A stretch of 62,943 nucleotides of DNA, the filler included, from Porpidia crustulata (Eukaryota): the NCBI GenBank assembly GCA_964255105.1. It is 9 parts of 9 records of this genome, joined end to end, with 100 filler letters (N's around TTAATTAATTAA, not from the genome) between each part and the next. Parts side by side here need not be neighbours in the genome. Positions count along the whole stretch, not along the records: positions 28,062 to 34,967 come from CAXUWE010001431.1; positions 35,068 to 41,971 come from CAXUWE010001432.1; positions 42,072 to 48,971 come from CAXUWE010001433.1; 6 more parts are not named here. One strand, given 5' to 3'. Made by a program: the position numbers and the translations under genes. Below, piece after piece: positions 32,702 to 44,370 of this stretch. Position 1 is the stretch's first letter. Every line of letters begins with the position of its first letter. The notes below the pieces were generated by a model. That model was given only the letters and a program-made list of their open reading frames with translations, did no database searches and was not told the DNA's origin.

Positions 32702-34069
32702 GACGGAAATGAAGGACCCGTCGAGGTAGAATGATTGTGGTCTGAAACTCGTACTAAGTAATTTTCGTACCATCTCTTTGTTTGCGATGCTCTCTTTGCC
32801 TGAACGATCTTGTCTTTAGCGCGCTCTGCTCTCGAAGTTGGAGTCCGTGCTGGTCCACTCTCTAAGATATGCGTTGGTATCTAAAACCTAAGTTCATTGG
32901 GTTTGTCAATCCTGAATAGGCGTGTATGTAAACGTACCTTAGCATAGTTGAACGGGGATTGACTTGACCGAAATTGACATCGACATCGCTCGTTGTGGTC
33001 TGCAGCGATGAGTTAGTCTGAAAGTGTTAGTGTACGGTAGGCAGAATATTGCGCATCAGAATGAGTGGGGTTTCTTCAACTCTCTCGTATAGCCATTTAC
33101 AGTGATACAGGAGCAGGTTCTCATGAGTACAGCTGGGGAGATTTTCTCAATTGTAAAGTACTGGTATCGGACGAAGTCCACGAACCACTTCTCGCTTGGT
33201 CTCTATCAAGTCATGAATAATTGATACTACAATCAAGAGTATATCTTTCATTGAATTTTATCTATGTTTAACATTCTCCAGAACCGAGGCATTGGTCTCG
33301 TGATCTGCCAAATCCTTGCCGACAATATCTCGGAGCCCATAGTCCTCTTCGCTGTCTCCCGCTTTGGCGCTGCTGTTTTTAATATCAGGCCAAGGGATGT
33401 GAGCAAAGTTATCGAGATCAATCACAGCAAGCTTTCTCTTACTTACGAGACTAGTATTGAAACGCTGCTGTAGTGTGTATGGCCCGTCGAGATGGATGGC
33501 CAAGTATGACCTACTCCGGCAGCAGGGCGATCGTAAACAGTGTCACCAGTATTCTCGCTCGAGACCATGCGGACTATTTCATCAATGGCTGCTATCTTGG
33601 ATGGGTGAGGGCGGATCTGATTAACCCAGCTGAGCACGCACCAAAGACTATTGGTGAGCAATACTTAAATCCCATGTGAAGGAGGGTGCGAGAATTCCAC
33701 CCAACTCGGCTTTGGAGATATTGGTGATGTATGTGCGCAGTACAAAATCAATTGACGGTACCGGAGAGGACCTCACTGCGTGGAAGAATAGATGGTAAAG
33801 TATTAATATAAGACTTTTTCAGAGGTAGGTCGAGCGTGGTTCTCACGACTACCACGCGCTCCGTGGATACTTTTCGACCAGCGGCCATTAGAATAACGGC
33901 AGACAGTATTCGCAATATGCAATACCCGCTCCTTTTATGCTACATCTTTAAAATAGGCTGACTCCATCACTCAGCTGTAGTGCCAGGTACAGCATGCTGT
34001 CATCTAATGCCGAAATCACTCTTCACGCTTTGTGTACTCTGCCACGTCGCCATGACACAAGGACTCAGC

Positions 34070-34637
34070 CTACGATTTCGCAAGCCCTCCCTCTTTCTCC
34101 TCCTTTTTCTTCATCACCTCAATATCCAACCAATCCGGCTTGCTCTTACAATATAACTCCATACTTGGCTTCCATACTAGAGTATCTCTCTCATCGCCTG
34201 ATCCTACCGCCATATCATCCATTGTGCCGGCCGATACAATCACCCCCATGGGATGCTTTTCTCTGTTGTATGTGAATAGTGGAGACCCACAAGACGAACA
34301 GAATTCGTGGTCAAGGGTGACGCCGGAGTCACAGGTACTGTCCGAGTAGACGCGGATATTCGAGGAGCCTCGGATCACCTTTAGGTCCTACCGAGGGAGG
34401 AATTCAGACTTAATAGACATTTCTTGGATACTGCAAGCCACTGATTTGGAACCATATAGAGATAATTGAGCATGAGACGCCTACCGACTTATTGATAAAG
34501 CTGTTGGTCATGAAAGCCGATCCGGTGGCTTTGCGACAATTATTACAATAGCATATGATCGTTCTACCAAGCCCATTGGCAATCTCGTAACGGACGGCGC
34601 CGCAGAGGCAAGAGCCGTGAATCAGTCGAGAAGTCAT
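34070..34637 (-). CDS. GFA/CENP-V (Mss4-like) zinc-binding protein, 2 exons
   Basis: GSCLCGAVRY...CYCNNCRKATGSAF, then intron 34484-34388, then DSG...EFCSSCGSPLF...SAGTMD...WKPSMELYCKSKPDW. Confidence 0.9.
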
Positions 34638-35183
34638 CTCTATTGTGGAAGGTGTATTGACCGTCCTAGTTGGATTATTGCGTGTACTTCAATACAATGT
34701 TGAGTGTGTCGCAATATGCTAGTAAAAGTTTGGTGATCAAAGTCCTGTTATTTTAAGATTATCGTCATCAAATTCTTACTCTGTGTGTGTTGTGGTCGAA
34801 GCTGACGGCGCTAAAGCTGATGCTGCTAGCCTCCTTAGTAATTCATTGCTTGACACTTCTATATTATCCTCATCAGTCTACATAGTCTAAATAATGTTCT
34901 ATCGCAATATCATTATTTGTTAGGGGCCTCCTAACTACCTAGCTATGGGGGTAAATCAACGAAGAAANNNNNNNNNNNNNNNNNNNNNNNNNNNNNNNNN
35001 NNNNNNNNNNNTTAATTAATTAANNNNNNNNNNNNNNNNNNNNNNNNNNNNNNNNNNNNNNNNNNNNTGTCGTGACTTTTTCTTGATCGTAGGGATTCTT
35101 GAAGTAATTCTGTTCTACGACGTCCTCCTCGGCGCTTCTGCGTAAATGATCTACAGTGTGCCGTGAGGCCCCGTATACGCCAA

Positions 35184-36203
35184 TCACAGCGAAGCCAATG
35201 ACCCCCTATGTTCCCCGAGGATCCTGTTCAGCGCGTCGGCAGCGGTCGAATCTCGTTTCTGGGGGTTATCGGATCGAGAGGCGGAACCGCGCAGCCACGT
35301 AAGGATCTGCTCGGAGTACGAAGCGGAGAGCTGCGGGGTGTTCAATGGAGTCTGCGTTGTCGTAGACGATCTGGGATGGGAGTTCACGTTCGACGTCGCG
35401 GCGATCGGGGTGCTCGAAAGCGAGAGCGGTGCTCGGTCGGACGAGGTGCTGGCGAGAGCGAAGCTATGCCGCTGGGCCTGCCGTGATTGTGGAGCCTCCT
35501 CTACTGGCTCTAATCGGAGTGGAGCCGACGTCTCTTGGGCGTTGTGCTGGTTCTGGGANNNNNNNNNNAGAGGAAGCGGTCCTTGTGGGGGAAGATGGCT
35601 ATCGTACTCATCGGCGAGACTCATCTTGCTTCTGCCGCAGATCTCGGCGATGGCGTCGATGGAGGGTCTGATTTCGGGGTCGATGGATGCGAGGATGTCT
35701 TGGAAGGAGAAGCTTTCGAGGGGCGGGAGGTCGTAGGACTTGGCTTCGGGGGGTGGCTTTTGTTTTCGTTTCATTGCGGCTGCTTTGGTGGATGGCCTGG
35801 CGGCGGGCTCGGGATTGGGGTAGGAGCGGACGAGGACGGGTTGTGTGCTTGTTATTGAGCCAGACTGGGAGGGAGCGGTTTTGTGTTTGGTGGCGGAAGC
35901 GGTGCCGTTCAAGCGTCGTGGAGCGGTTTCGTGGGCGGGGTAGTCTCCGTTGGTGTCAATCTGTTGCTGCGGAAGGTCAATCTCATGGGGAGTAGTTGAT
36001 TGCGCGACGGCGTGAGCGTCGAGGTTTTCTCTGGACAGCGAAGAATGGTTTTCATCATTTTGCTGCGAAATATTGCTACGATTTGTGGGCTCTGCACCAT
36101 TGACAGCGTCATCTGCAGCCGGGATACTGCTACGATAATGCATGTTGTCGTGTGCAGCAGGAGACGCGTCTGCAGATTGCACCTGGTTCGGAGCTTGGAC
36201 CAT
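35184..36203 (-). CDS. Conserved hypothetical fungal protein; contains a 10-N gap at 35559-35568
   Basis: Long ORF from the ATG at 36203. Disordered except for the block LPPLESFSFQDILASIDPEIRPSIDAIAEICGRSKMSLADEYDSHLPPQG. Confidence 0.65.
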   Translation of the reverse strand: MVQAPNQVQSADASPAAHDNMHYRSSIPAADDAVNGAEPTNRSNISQQNDENHSSLSRENLDAHAVAQSTTPHEIDLPQQQIDTNGDYPAHETAPRRLNGTASATKHKTAPSQSGSITSTQPVLVRSYPNPEPAARPSTKAAAMKRKQKPPPEAKSYDLPPLESFSFQDILASIDPEIRPSIDAIAEICGRSKMSLADEYDSHLPPQGPLPXXXXSQNQHNAQETSAPLRLEPVEEAPQSRQAQRHSFALASTSSDRAPLSLSSTPIAATSNVNSHPRSSTTTQTPLNTPQLSASYSEQILTWLRGSASRSDNPQKRDSTAADALNRILGEHRGSLASL

Positions 36204-37119
36204 GGTGCGCTTCTTCGGCTGATGGTGATGGAATATCGAATGGATTGGTTTCTGTCGGCTGAAGCGTACTTCTAAGACATGAGGAGTGCAGCTGAGGATG
36301 CGCTGGAAGGAGAAACGCGCGGAACCAGTGGTTGCACCAATGCGGGCGGGCTGAAGGGCATGCAAGCGTGTGTTGGCATTCGCCGACAGCAATATGGGAA
36401 TGGGAAGAAGAAAGTAGGAAGCAAGAATTTAGGGAGTGGAGAAGAGCTTGATCTAGAGGAGATGCTCGGTTTGCGTATGTTCATGCATAACGCCCACGAA
36501 TCACAGTGTCGAGCTGGAGTTTCACCTCCACCACCAAGCCTAGGAGCAACATCCCACACATCTGGATCGATCTACAGCAGGCAACAATGCCACTACACCA
36601 CGTAGCAGGATATTCTATGCGCATGAATTACACCACGAAGATTGATGGCAGTACGAATCTGGCTTCAGCAATGGTCGAAGCAGGTAGGAAAGGATTTGAG
36701 GGGCTGATCAATGGACCGGACAGAGATCAATGAAAGAAGAGTCCAGTCACCCAATTTACGATCAATATCTTCTTATTTCTAAGCTTGAAAGCATCAGATC
36801 GAATTGTGAGTATCAGGATCAGAATCAACTTAGATGTATTGCACTAGGCTATGAGGGTCAACAACGAGCGATGAACAGATAGTTAAAGGATAAGAGTAAC
36901 GGTCAAAAATTGCTTTGATCCAAACTGGATGTCGCATTCGTCTATCATGCTTGTTAATGAATGAAGCCTCGTATTCATAGATCAAGATTGGTTGTACAAT
37001 AAAGAGGGTGAGTACATTTCAGCTGTGCACGACGCAGGCGTAATTTAGATGTCTAATATTCCCTCGAAGATTTCAAGTCCATCTTGGAGTCAACCTGTAG
37101 GCCACGGCTAGCCCTTCGC

Positions 37120-38958
37120 CTACTTGCAAGTGCATATCGGTTTGCTTCTTGCATTAGCTGCTCGTAGTTTTGTCACGACCTCAACGTTGTCGTAGCTCAG
37201 TGGCAGACCCTTTCTGGAAGCAAGCAATTGCGCCGTCTTTATAACATTCTTGATCTGCCGCCCGTTCATTGGGATTCCTGATAAGCTCTGAAGGTTTTCC
37301 TCGGAAAACCCGTTGAACCCAGTAGTGGCGCCCAGGAATGTCTTCCAGATGTGGTAGCGAGATGGAAAATTGAGCTCTTCATACTGTAACGACAGATGGA
37401 TCCGGGATTCGAACGCTGCATCTATGTTATCGACCCGATTGGTAGTCAAAAAGAGAAACCCTTCGTAGTACTCCAGGATGCGGAGAAAGATGGAAACGAG
37501 CTTGTTACGCTCGAGGTCGTGAGTGCTTCGTGCTTCGAGGAATACGTCTGCTTCATCTAGTAATAAGACTGCCTGCCATTTCGTAGCCAACGCCAGGATC
37601 TTGGATAGCTTGTCCTCAACCCCACTAGGGCTGGTTCCAAGATCGCCTGCAGAGAGCATATACAGAGGCACACGCATGGTCTCCGCCACTGACTCTGCAG
37701 TGAGTGTTTTACCCACCCCTGGCGGACCGCTCAGGAGCATGATGATCCCTTTACCCTTTCCCTTGACAACGTCGTCGAATGCATCCCCGTACTTTGCTTG
37801 ACTCTCAGCGAAGGCGAGGATGAGCTCCTTTTGGTCAGGTGGAAGCACAAGACTTTCAAAAGCCTTGTCATTCCAGACCATTTCTTTGAAGGAGTCAACC
37901 CAGAATCGGAGCCACTTCTTCTCTTTCAACGAATAACCCCGGAAGAACGCACTGCAAATTGACAGTTCGTCCTCACTTAGCTCTTGCTTTTCCAGCCAGC
38001 AGAGTCGCACCCGGTCATTGGGATTGAAGGTATTGAATGAATTGGTGTCGATGACGATGCGACTATCAATGTTGTACTTGATCCGACATGTATCAATTCC
38101 AATACCTTCATAACGTTTGTAATGGTAGCCTTTGTGGGCCTCGAAGATTTTACCTCTGGCAATGAGGCGCTGTCTCAATTCGCCTTCACTCTGGTGGTAC
38201 TTGACCGGAAAAGCAAGTAAGCCTCTGATAGGAGTAGTACCTTTGAAAGTAGGGATTTCGAGGGTTGCGTCTTCCAGCCCAAAGCGCTCCCCATCCCAAT
38301 CAATATAGTTGCACTCCAAAATGTAGTCACCAGATCGATTATAGCTTCCGCTGATAAAACGCAGTAATATTTCGCGACCATCATTGACAGTAAATACATA
38401 ACATCCAGGTTCAAAGATTGTCCACATAGACTTGATGGTTATAACACCGTGGGCGGTATGATCTACCTTTTTTTTCAATGTATCTCGCAGCTGAAATTCT
38501 AGTGTGCTCCATAGAAGTTCGAGATGACTTTTGGCCTCTGAGTCTTGCTCGGTCTGCCTGGCATTCTCGAGCCGCTCCCATCGGTGAACGAAAGGCTCGA
38601 AGGGAGCCTCAAATTCCAGTCGATCAAGGCCAGTAGTAATGCCAGGGTAGCCTTGCAGGACTGATCCTAAGGCTTTCTTGAGGACGGGACTCTGCACCAC
38701 AATGGAATGAATTTCAAGTTTCTTATGGCTGTCGCTACTTTTGATATTGCGAATGAGCAGAGCATAACGCAACGTCTCGTCGTTCTCTGATGGCTCCTCG
38801 ACGTAATCGGGATACTTATCGACCCACTGACGGTCTCCGTCTTCGTCCGGCGCACTCTGGTACAAGTTCTTAATATTGCATCGCATACCGGTAGCTACGA
38901 ACATATCTGCTCCGCCAGCTGTTGGAATAGAGTCTGCCTGAGCATGATCTGTAAACAT
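37120..38958 (-). CDS. Fungal single-domain AAA+ ATPase with a DUF7025-like N-terminal region
   Basis: 612 aa. WNDKAFESLVLP, DDVVKGKGKG, Walker A GPPGVGKT, Walker B LLLDEAD, FLRILEYYEG, TTNR, DAAFESRIH, NGRQIKN. Confidence 0.92.
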   Translation of the reverse strand: MFTDHAQADSIPTAGGADMFVATGMRCNIKNLYQSAPDEDGDRQWVDKYPDYVEEPSENDETLRYALLIRNIKSSDSHKKLEIHSIVVQSPVLKKALGSVLQGYPGITTGLDRLEFEAPFEPFVHRWERLENARQTEQDSEAKSHLELLWSTLEFQLRDTLKKKVDHTAHGVITIKSMWTIFEPGCYVFTVNDGREILLRFISGSYNRSGDYILECNYIDWDGERFGLEDATLEIPTFKGTTPIRGLLAFPVKYHQSEGELRQRLIARGKIFEAHKGYHYKRYEGIGIDTCRIKYNIDSRIVIDTNSFNTFNPNDRVRLCWLEKQELSEDELSICSAFFRGYSLKEKKWLRFWVDSFKEMVWNDKAFESLVLPPDQKELILAFAESQAKYGDAFDDVVKGKGKGIIMLLSGPPGVGKTLTAESVAETMRVPLYMLSAGDLGTSPSGVEDKLSKILALATKWQAVLLLDEADVFLEARSTHDLERNKLVSIFLRILEYYEGFLFLTTNRVDNIDAAFESRIHLSLQYEELNFPSRYHIWKTFLGATTGFNGFSEENLQSLSGIPMNGRQIKNVIKTAQLLASRKGLPLSYDNVEVVTKLRAANARSKPICTCK

Positions 38959-39776
38959 GTTGAAAATGATCTCTACCTAATCACCGAGAAGACTATTAAA
39001 GATGGTAGTTGAGGCAGACCTAGATTTGTTCTGGTGAATATTAGAGGGAAGTATTCTATCTTTGCCTATCAAGGATAAGCAAAAATCTAGAGACACCGTT
39101 CAAAAGATTTTTCAAATCCTACGATGCACAAATTGTGAGGTAAGTATACAGGGATATCCAACGGTAATGTATGAGAACAAGGGGAAGCGTCCATTTGATC
39201 AGGCTACAGTCTCCGCAGCTGCTGCCTGTGAAACTTCCCTGCTCTTATCCATTCTACATTGCTTCCTGCATCAATTGTGCCAAGAAGAGTTCCTTATTGG
39301 ATGCTGCGCAATAGCGCGGATCCTTTGCTGCGGCATAGCCATGCGTCGTTCAATAGCCCATACTGTGGGTTCTGAATAAGCCATGGCCTTACTTGAGTGC
39401 TGGTAGGCTCACGATAAGCTGGCGAATAATGTTGAACAGTAGAGTGCCTGATCAGTTGATGATGGGGTGGGGGGTGGAGAACAAGTTAGAGTAGGTCCCA
39501 GCCACAATTCGTGGCTGCTAGTCAAGTCATCACTACACTAGCATTTATATATTTGTTTAAAGAAAGCATGGCCGAGGTAGGTAATAATTATGAATATAAC
39601 ACGGTAGTTAAGGGCTTCAAAGATAGAGGTAAAGACAGCAATCGATGAGCGAGAGCAAACATTGCTGATGATTGCTCATGTTGGCTTGTCTGCTACCCAA
39701 CATCTGCTATTAAAGCATCCCCTTCCTCGATGCGCAGTATGTCATTTTGAGGATTTATGAGGCCATTGATATTGGC

Positions 39777-41623
39777 ATGGCTTCTCTCTCTGTATATTCG
39801 ACAGTACTCTCTTCCACAGTCCTACGTCTCGGCGCGTATATCTTTCTACGATGGGTATTTACTCAATCCGTCGATACTACAATGAATTGCATTAATGCCT
39901 GTGATGCAGATACCTGGACATCATGCTCTTCCATTATTACTTTCCTCTGCACTGATATATTTGACCTCGTTCTTGATTACCTTACGGTCTAATCTCAGTA
40001 CGCCGGTAGCTAGATTGAATGTCAATCCGGCCATGAAAACGATCAATACCGCCGACGAGTTCCCGAGCTCAGCGGGCAGACCCTCAGGAAGAGAAATATC
40101 ATGGACGTCCCCAGATACTCCAGACGCTACTGTTAGGGCTTCCCGATCCTCGGTCACTGTTATGGAGCTTTGTCACCGTGTTCATCAATATGATCCTAAT
40201 GCTACTTGTAGGAGACCTAGTTTTTCGAGCGCCATTGTTCTATCCAAGCCATGATTTATCTTTTGCTTGGGTCGGTTTCGTATCTGATGCCAATGCAAGA
40301 ATACTCTTGAGGGAACCGGACAGCACCCAGTTGCCTATCTACGTATCGTATAGACACGCTCCAATATTAGGAGATCAACAGCTGGACGACTCCTGGAAGG
40401 CTGCTGGGAAAGTGTATTGGCTGTCGAACGACACTGATTTCACACACATAGTGGAAATTTCTCAACTGCAACCATCAACCCGCTACCAGTATGCTATCTT
40501 GAATAACCACACTGGATTCTTCTTGACTGCTCCCCCAGCTGGTCAAGTGTCTCAAGGTACTGGAAAATTCACGTTCATCTCGTCTAGTTGTATTAAGCCG
40601 CACTTTCCCTACAACCCTCTCTCTCATCCCCTATCCATCCCGGGTCTTCAGCATCTTGCAAAATGGATCCCATCTCTTCACGCCTCCTTCATGCTCTTCC
40701 TAGGTGACTTTATCTATGTCGACGTGCCTCGTCGCTTCGGTACAGATATCGAGACCTACCGCCGTGAGTACCGTCAAGTCTACGCCTCTCCGGACTGGCC
40801 CTCTGTATCCTCTACCCTTCCTTGGCTCCACGTACTTGACGACCACGAAATCGCAAATGACTGGGATGCCAACACCACAGCCCCCTACCCTGCGGCCGTC
40901 GACCCCTGGCACCTCTACCATACCTCTATAAATCCTCCTGCCGTACGTCCCAACGCTTCCTACTTCCAATTTACACAAGGCCCTGCTTCCTTCTTCCTCC
41001 TCGACACCCGCCGTTACCGCACCCCAGAGCACGCAGCCAACGCATCTACCCCCAGTAAGTCAATGCTCGGCGCCGATCAGCTTTCCTCCCTCCTAGCTTT
41101 TCTCTCTCGCCCCGAGCCCGCCGGTGTAAAATGGAAATTCATCATCTCCTCCATCCCCTTCACCCGTAACTGGCGTTTCGGCTCCGCCGACACCTGGGCT
41201 GGCTACCTCCACGAACGCCAAATCGTTCTCGAAGCCATGTGGGACGCTGGAACTCAAGGCATCGGCGTTGTCGTTCTAAGCGGCGATCGCCACGAGTTCG
41301 CCGCCACGGCCTTTCCACCTCCAAAGCAGGGCAAGTGGCCACCAAGCGCGACTGTTCACGAGTTCAGTACGAGTCCGTTGAGCATGTTTTACCTGCCGGT
41401 ACGCACTTATTGGGAGGTTGATGGGGAGGATGATGTGTGTATCAGGTATATCCCGGATGGGAATTCGAAATTCGGGGCTGTCGAGTTGGAGGGAGGGAAG
41501 AGGGAGCAGGGAGTCTTGAAGTTCCGGCTGTTTGTCGATGCATCGGAAGTTTGGAACTATGTGTTGACGACGCCGGCAGCTGGAGTGAGGTCAGGGAGGG
41601 GAATGGAGGCTGTTTGGAATTGA
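39777..41623 (+). CDS. PhoD-like alkaline phosphatase D family protein with N-terminal membrane segments
   Basis: Exon 1 MASL...YIFLRW / IPGHH..., then TLLLGLP and SFAWVGFVS. Metal-site motifs SSCIKP, FLGDFIYVD, LDDHEIANDW, LLDTRRYR, SGDRHEF. A frame change between about 39998 and 40080 needs an intron or a frameshift. Confidence 0.85.
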
Positions 41624-42640
41624 GGAGCTAGGATCGGTTGTTTTAAAATTACTATATTACAATTCGATCATCTACACATTTTGCTTTTAGGTATCTTTAG
41701 ACTTTTTAGACTTGGAAACGTAGAGTAGAGGATGTAAGAGCGGTTTACACGGACTCTTGCGACCACACATCAAGACAACCCGTAGTCTGAGTATTATATT
41801 TTAGCGAATCGGTGGATAGATCAGGTCGGCAACTTGGTTGACAAATGGTCTATTGTTATCCTCAATTCTCACAAGCTGCAGACCTGTCTTCACGCATGAC
41901 TACCTCTCTCGACCGACCTTTCCCACTTAAAACTCCCTACCTCGCCCCAACCCCCACCTTCGCACCACCCGNNNNNNNNNNNNNNNNNNNNNNNNNNNNN
42001 NNNNNNNNNNNNNNNTTAATTAATTAANNNNNNNNNNNNNNNNNNNNNNNNNNNNNNNNNNNNNNNNNNNNCTCCAAATCCACCCATCCCATTCAACAAC
42101 CTCGCGTATCTTTTCCTTTCCTTCCAATTTCACATGATTAATTTCTTCATTAGATGCGAATGCGAGATGAGAAACGAAATGAAAGAGAGATGAGAGATGA
42201 GAGAAAACAAGGACGAGAGGAGAATACAAGAGGAGAGAGTGAAGAGGCAAGAAGACGATGAGGAGACAGAGGAAGGGATGAGGGGAGGTTTTCTCATGGA
42301 GGCTGTTGCACGGGGGGTCGCACAATCAAAAAAGCGAGCTCGTTCCCGCTACTTTCGCTTTCTTAGAAAAGACTCCGAGCGGTCCAGGCACATTGTGCGC
42401 AAGAAGCGTGGGGAAGAATGCGATATATCAACTATTTACATACGGGCACCTCGAAAAAGGCCAGGGCTATGCAAATTTATAGCTATGGTTATCCCGAAAA
42501 CCCCTCCCGCACCATTGGCGAATCTAAATAAAATTAAATCTTGATGCAGAGCTAACCCTTCTCTCCCAATCCGGTTCCACATGCATACAGAGAATCAGGG
42601 TGAAGATGCCTCCCATGGCTTGACCCGACGACCACGATCC

Positions 42641-44370
42641 TCAGATCGCGTCCTTGGCCAACATCTCATCGCTAACGGGGACGTGCTGCGGCCCAACGTA
42701 ATTCCCCTGTCTCACGAACCACCACCCGCCCACGAACAAGCTCAGGCCTCCGGTGATCAGACACGAGTAGTTCATCGTCTTGGCGGTCACGGGCAGGGCA
42801 AAGGGGAAGCAGAAGATGATGATGAAGGCGATGATGTACAACACGCTCATGGTGTTTACTGCAAACCCGACGCCGCCCTTCATCCAGAACCAGCCCGGCG
42901 CAATGTTGGAGCGGTGGGCTAGCAGGTGCGGCAGGATTGCGGCGAGGTAGGAGAGGGTACTAAGGATGACAAAGGAGCCGACAAAGGCGTTGAAGGCGGT
43001 GGTGGAGCCGACGTAGATGCAGCCCATGACGGTGCAGATAATACCGCATAATAGAATGGCATTGAAGGGGTTCTTGAATGCTGGGTGGACGCGTGCGAAG
43101 ACCGAAGCGGCGGGGGTGGCTTTGTCCCGGGACAAGGTCCAGAATATACGCGAGGCGGTGATGTAGCAGCCCATGCATGTGATAAAGGTCGGCAAGAACG
43201 CGAGGATGAGGAGACCTACGGAGCCACCGGCGGAACCGGTTGCTTGGCGGTAGATTTCGGCAATGGGAAAGGTAGAGGAAGAGGTGAGGACGGCGTTAAG
43301 GTCGTTGACGGCGTAGAAAATGGCAATGAGGTATAGAAATCCGGTGAAGAAGCCGACGATCATTTGTGCAAGAATGGCCTTGGGTACGTTCTTCGACGGG
43401 TGGGGAATTTCCTCGGCGAGATGCGTAACAATATCGGGAGTACCGACGGCATAGGCGCCATTGAGCATGCCGGCGACAAAGACGAAACCGTTACTCGTGT
43501 AGCCAGTTTGATTGGACCAGTCGTGCCAGACAAACGAGTTCGAGGCATGGCCGGCGCCAGTGGTATTAGGCATGGCGGCGCAAACAACGATGGTGATGAA
43601 GACCCCCGCAATGATGAGGAATCCGCCTAAGATTTCAATCTTGGGCAGCGCACGGTTGGCAAAAAGGACGGTGGCGCAGCTGATCCAGGTGCAGAGGATG
43701 TAGGCGATAAAGATATGCCAGGGGTGGGCTACGTAGTCGGGATGGAAGGCCGCGTACATGGCGACGACTTGATTACCGAGAATGGCGGAAATGGAGGAAG
43801 CGCCAAAGATCCAGGCGAAGAAATTCCACCAGCCGGCGAAGAAACCTGTTGGGCGCCCGTATCTACCTGCCGTAATAGTGGCCCAGTGGTAGACTGTGAT
43901 GTTGTGAGTATCGAGCAATTGAGTCTTTCATTGAAAGATTGACGTACCACCACTGGATGTTGGCATCGCAGAGGCCAATTCAGCAATTGAAGCAGCGACC
44001 AGCCAGTAAAAGACAGAGACGGCGATGCTACAACCCGGTCAGCCTTGTCCTCTTTGTATTGAATCGAACTTGGACCATACAATTCGAAGATGACTCCAGG
44101 AGGACCGCCATTGTAGATGGAAACAACCTATTACGGTAAGCGACCATTCCATCGTCCATAGATCATGATTCTTACGACACTGCCGCCGACTGCCGTCCAA
44201 CTCACACCGGTGGTAATGGCGACACCAGTGATACTGAGGAGGCTGAAATTCCTCTCCAGCTCCTGTTTGTGGCCCGAGGCATTGATGCCGACTTCGGACG
44301 AAAGCTCTGACGATGGACCTGAAGCCTTCTCCGAGACACCTGTCAGAATCGCTTTGTTCTCCATTGCCAT
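42641..44370 (-). CDS. APC-family amino acid/choline/GABA permease (HNM1-like), 4 exons
   Basis: INASGHKQELERNFSLLS / SIYNGGPPGVIFE / AASIAELASAMPTSSG / YHWATITAG...GFFAGWWNF, HLAEEIPHP, GSTTAFNAF, MNYSC. Confidence 0.9.

Noticed and set aside
14041..41971. Transporters, dioxygenase, sulfite reductase and phosphatase as one metabolic cluster
   Set aside because: They lie on four unrelated contigs, and no PKS, NRPS or terpene synthase backbone gene is present.
42072..42330. ORFs in GA-rich or CT-rich tracts here and at 56061-56460
   Set aside because: Low-complexity simple sequence at contig ends; the translations are compositional artefacts.
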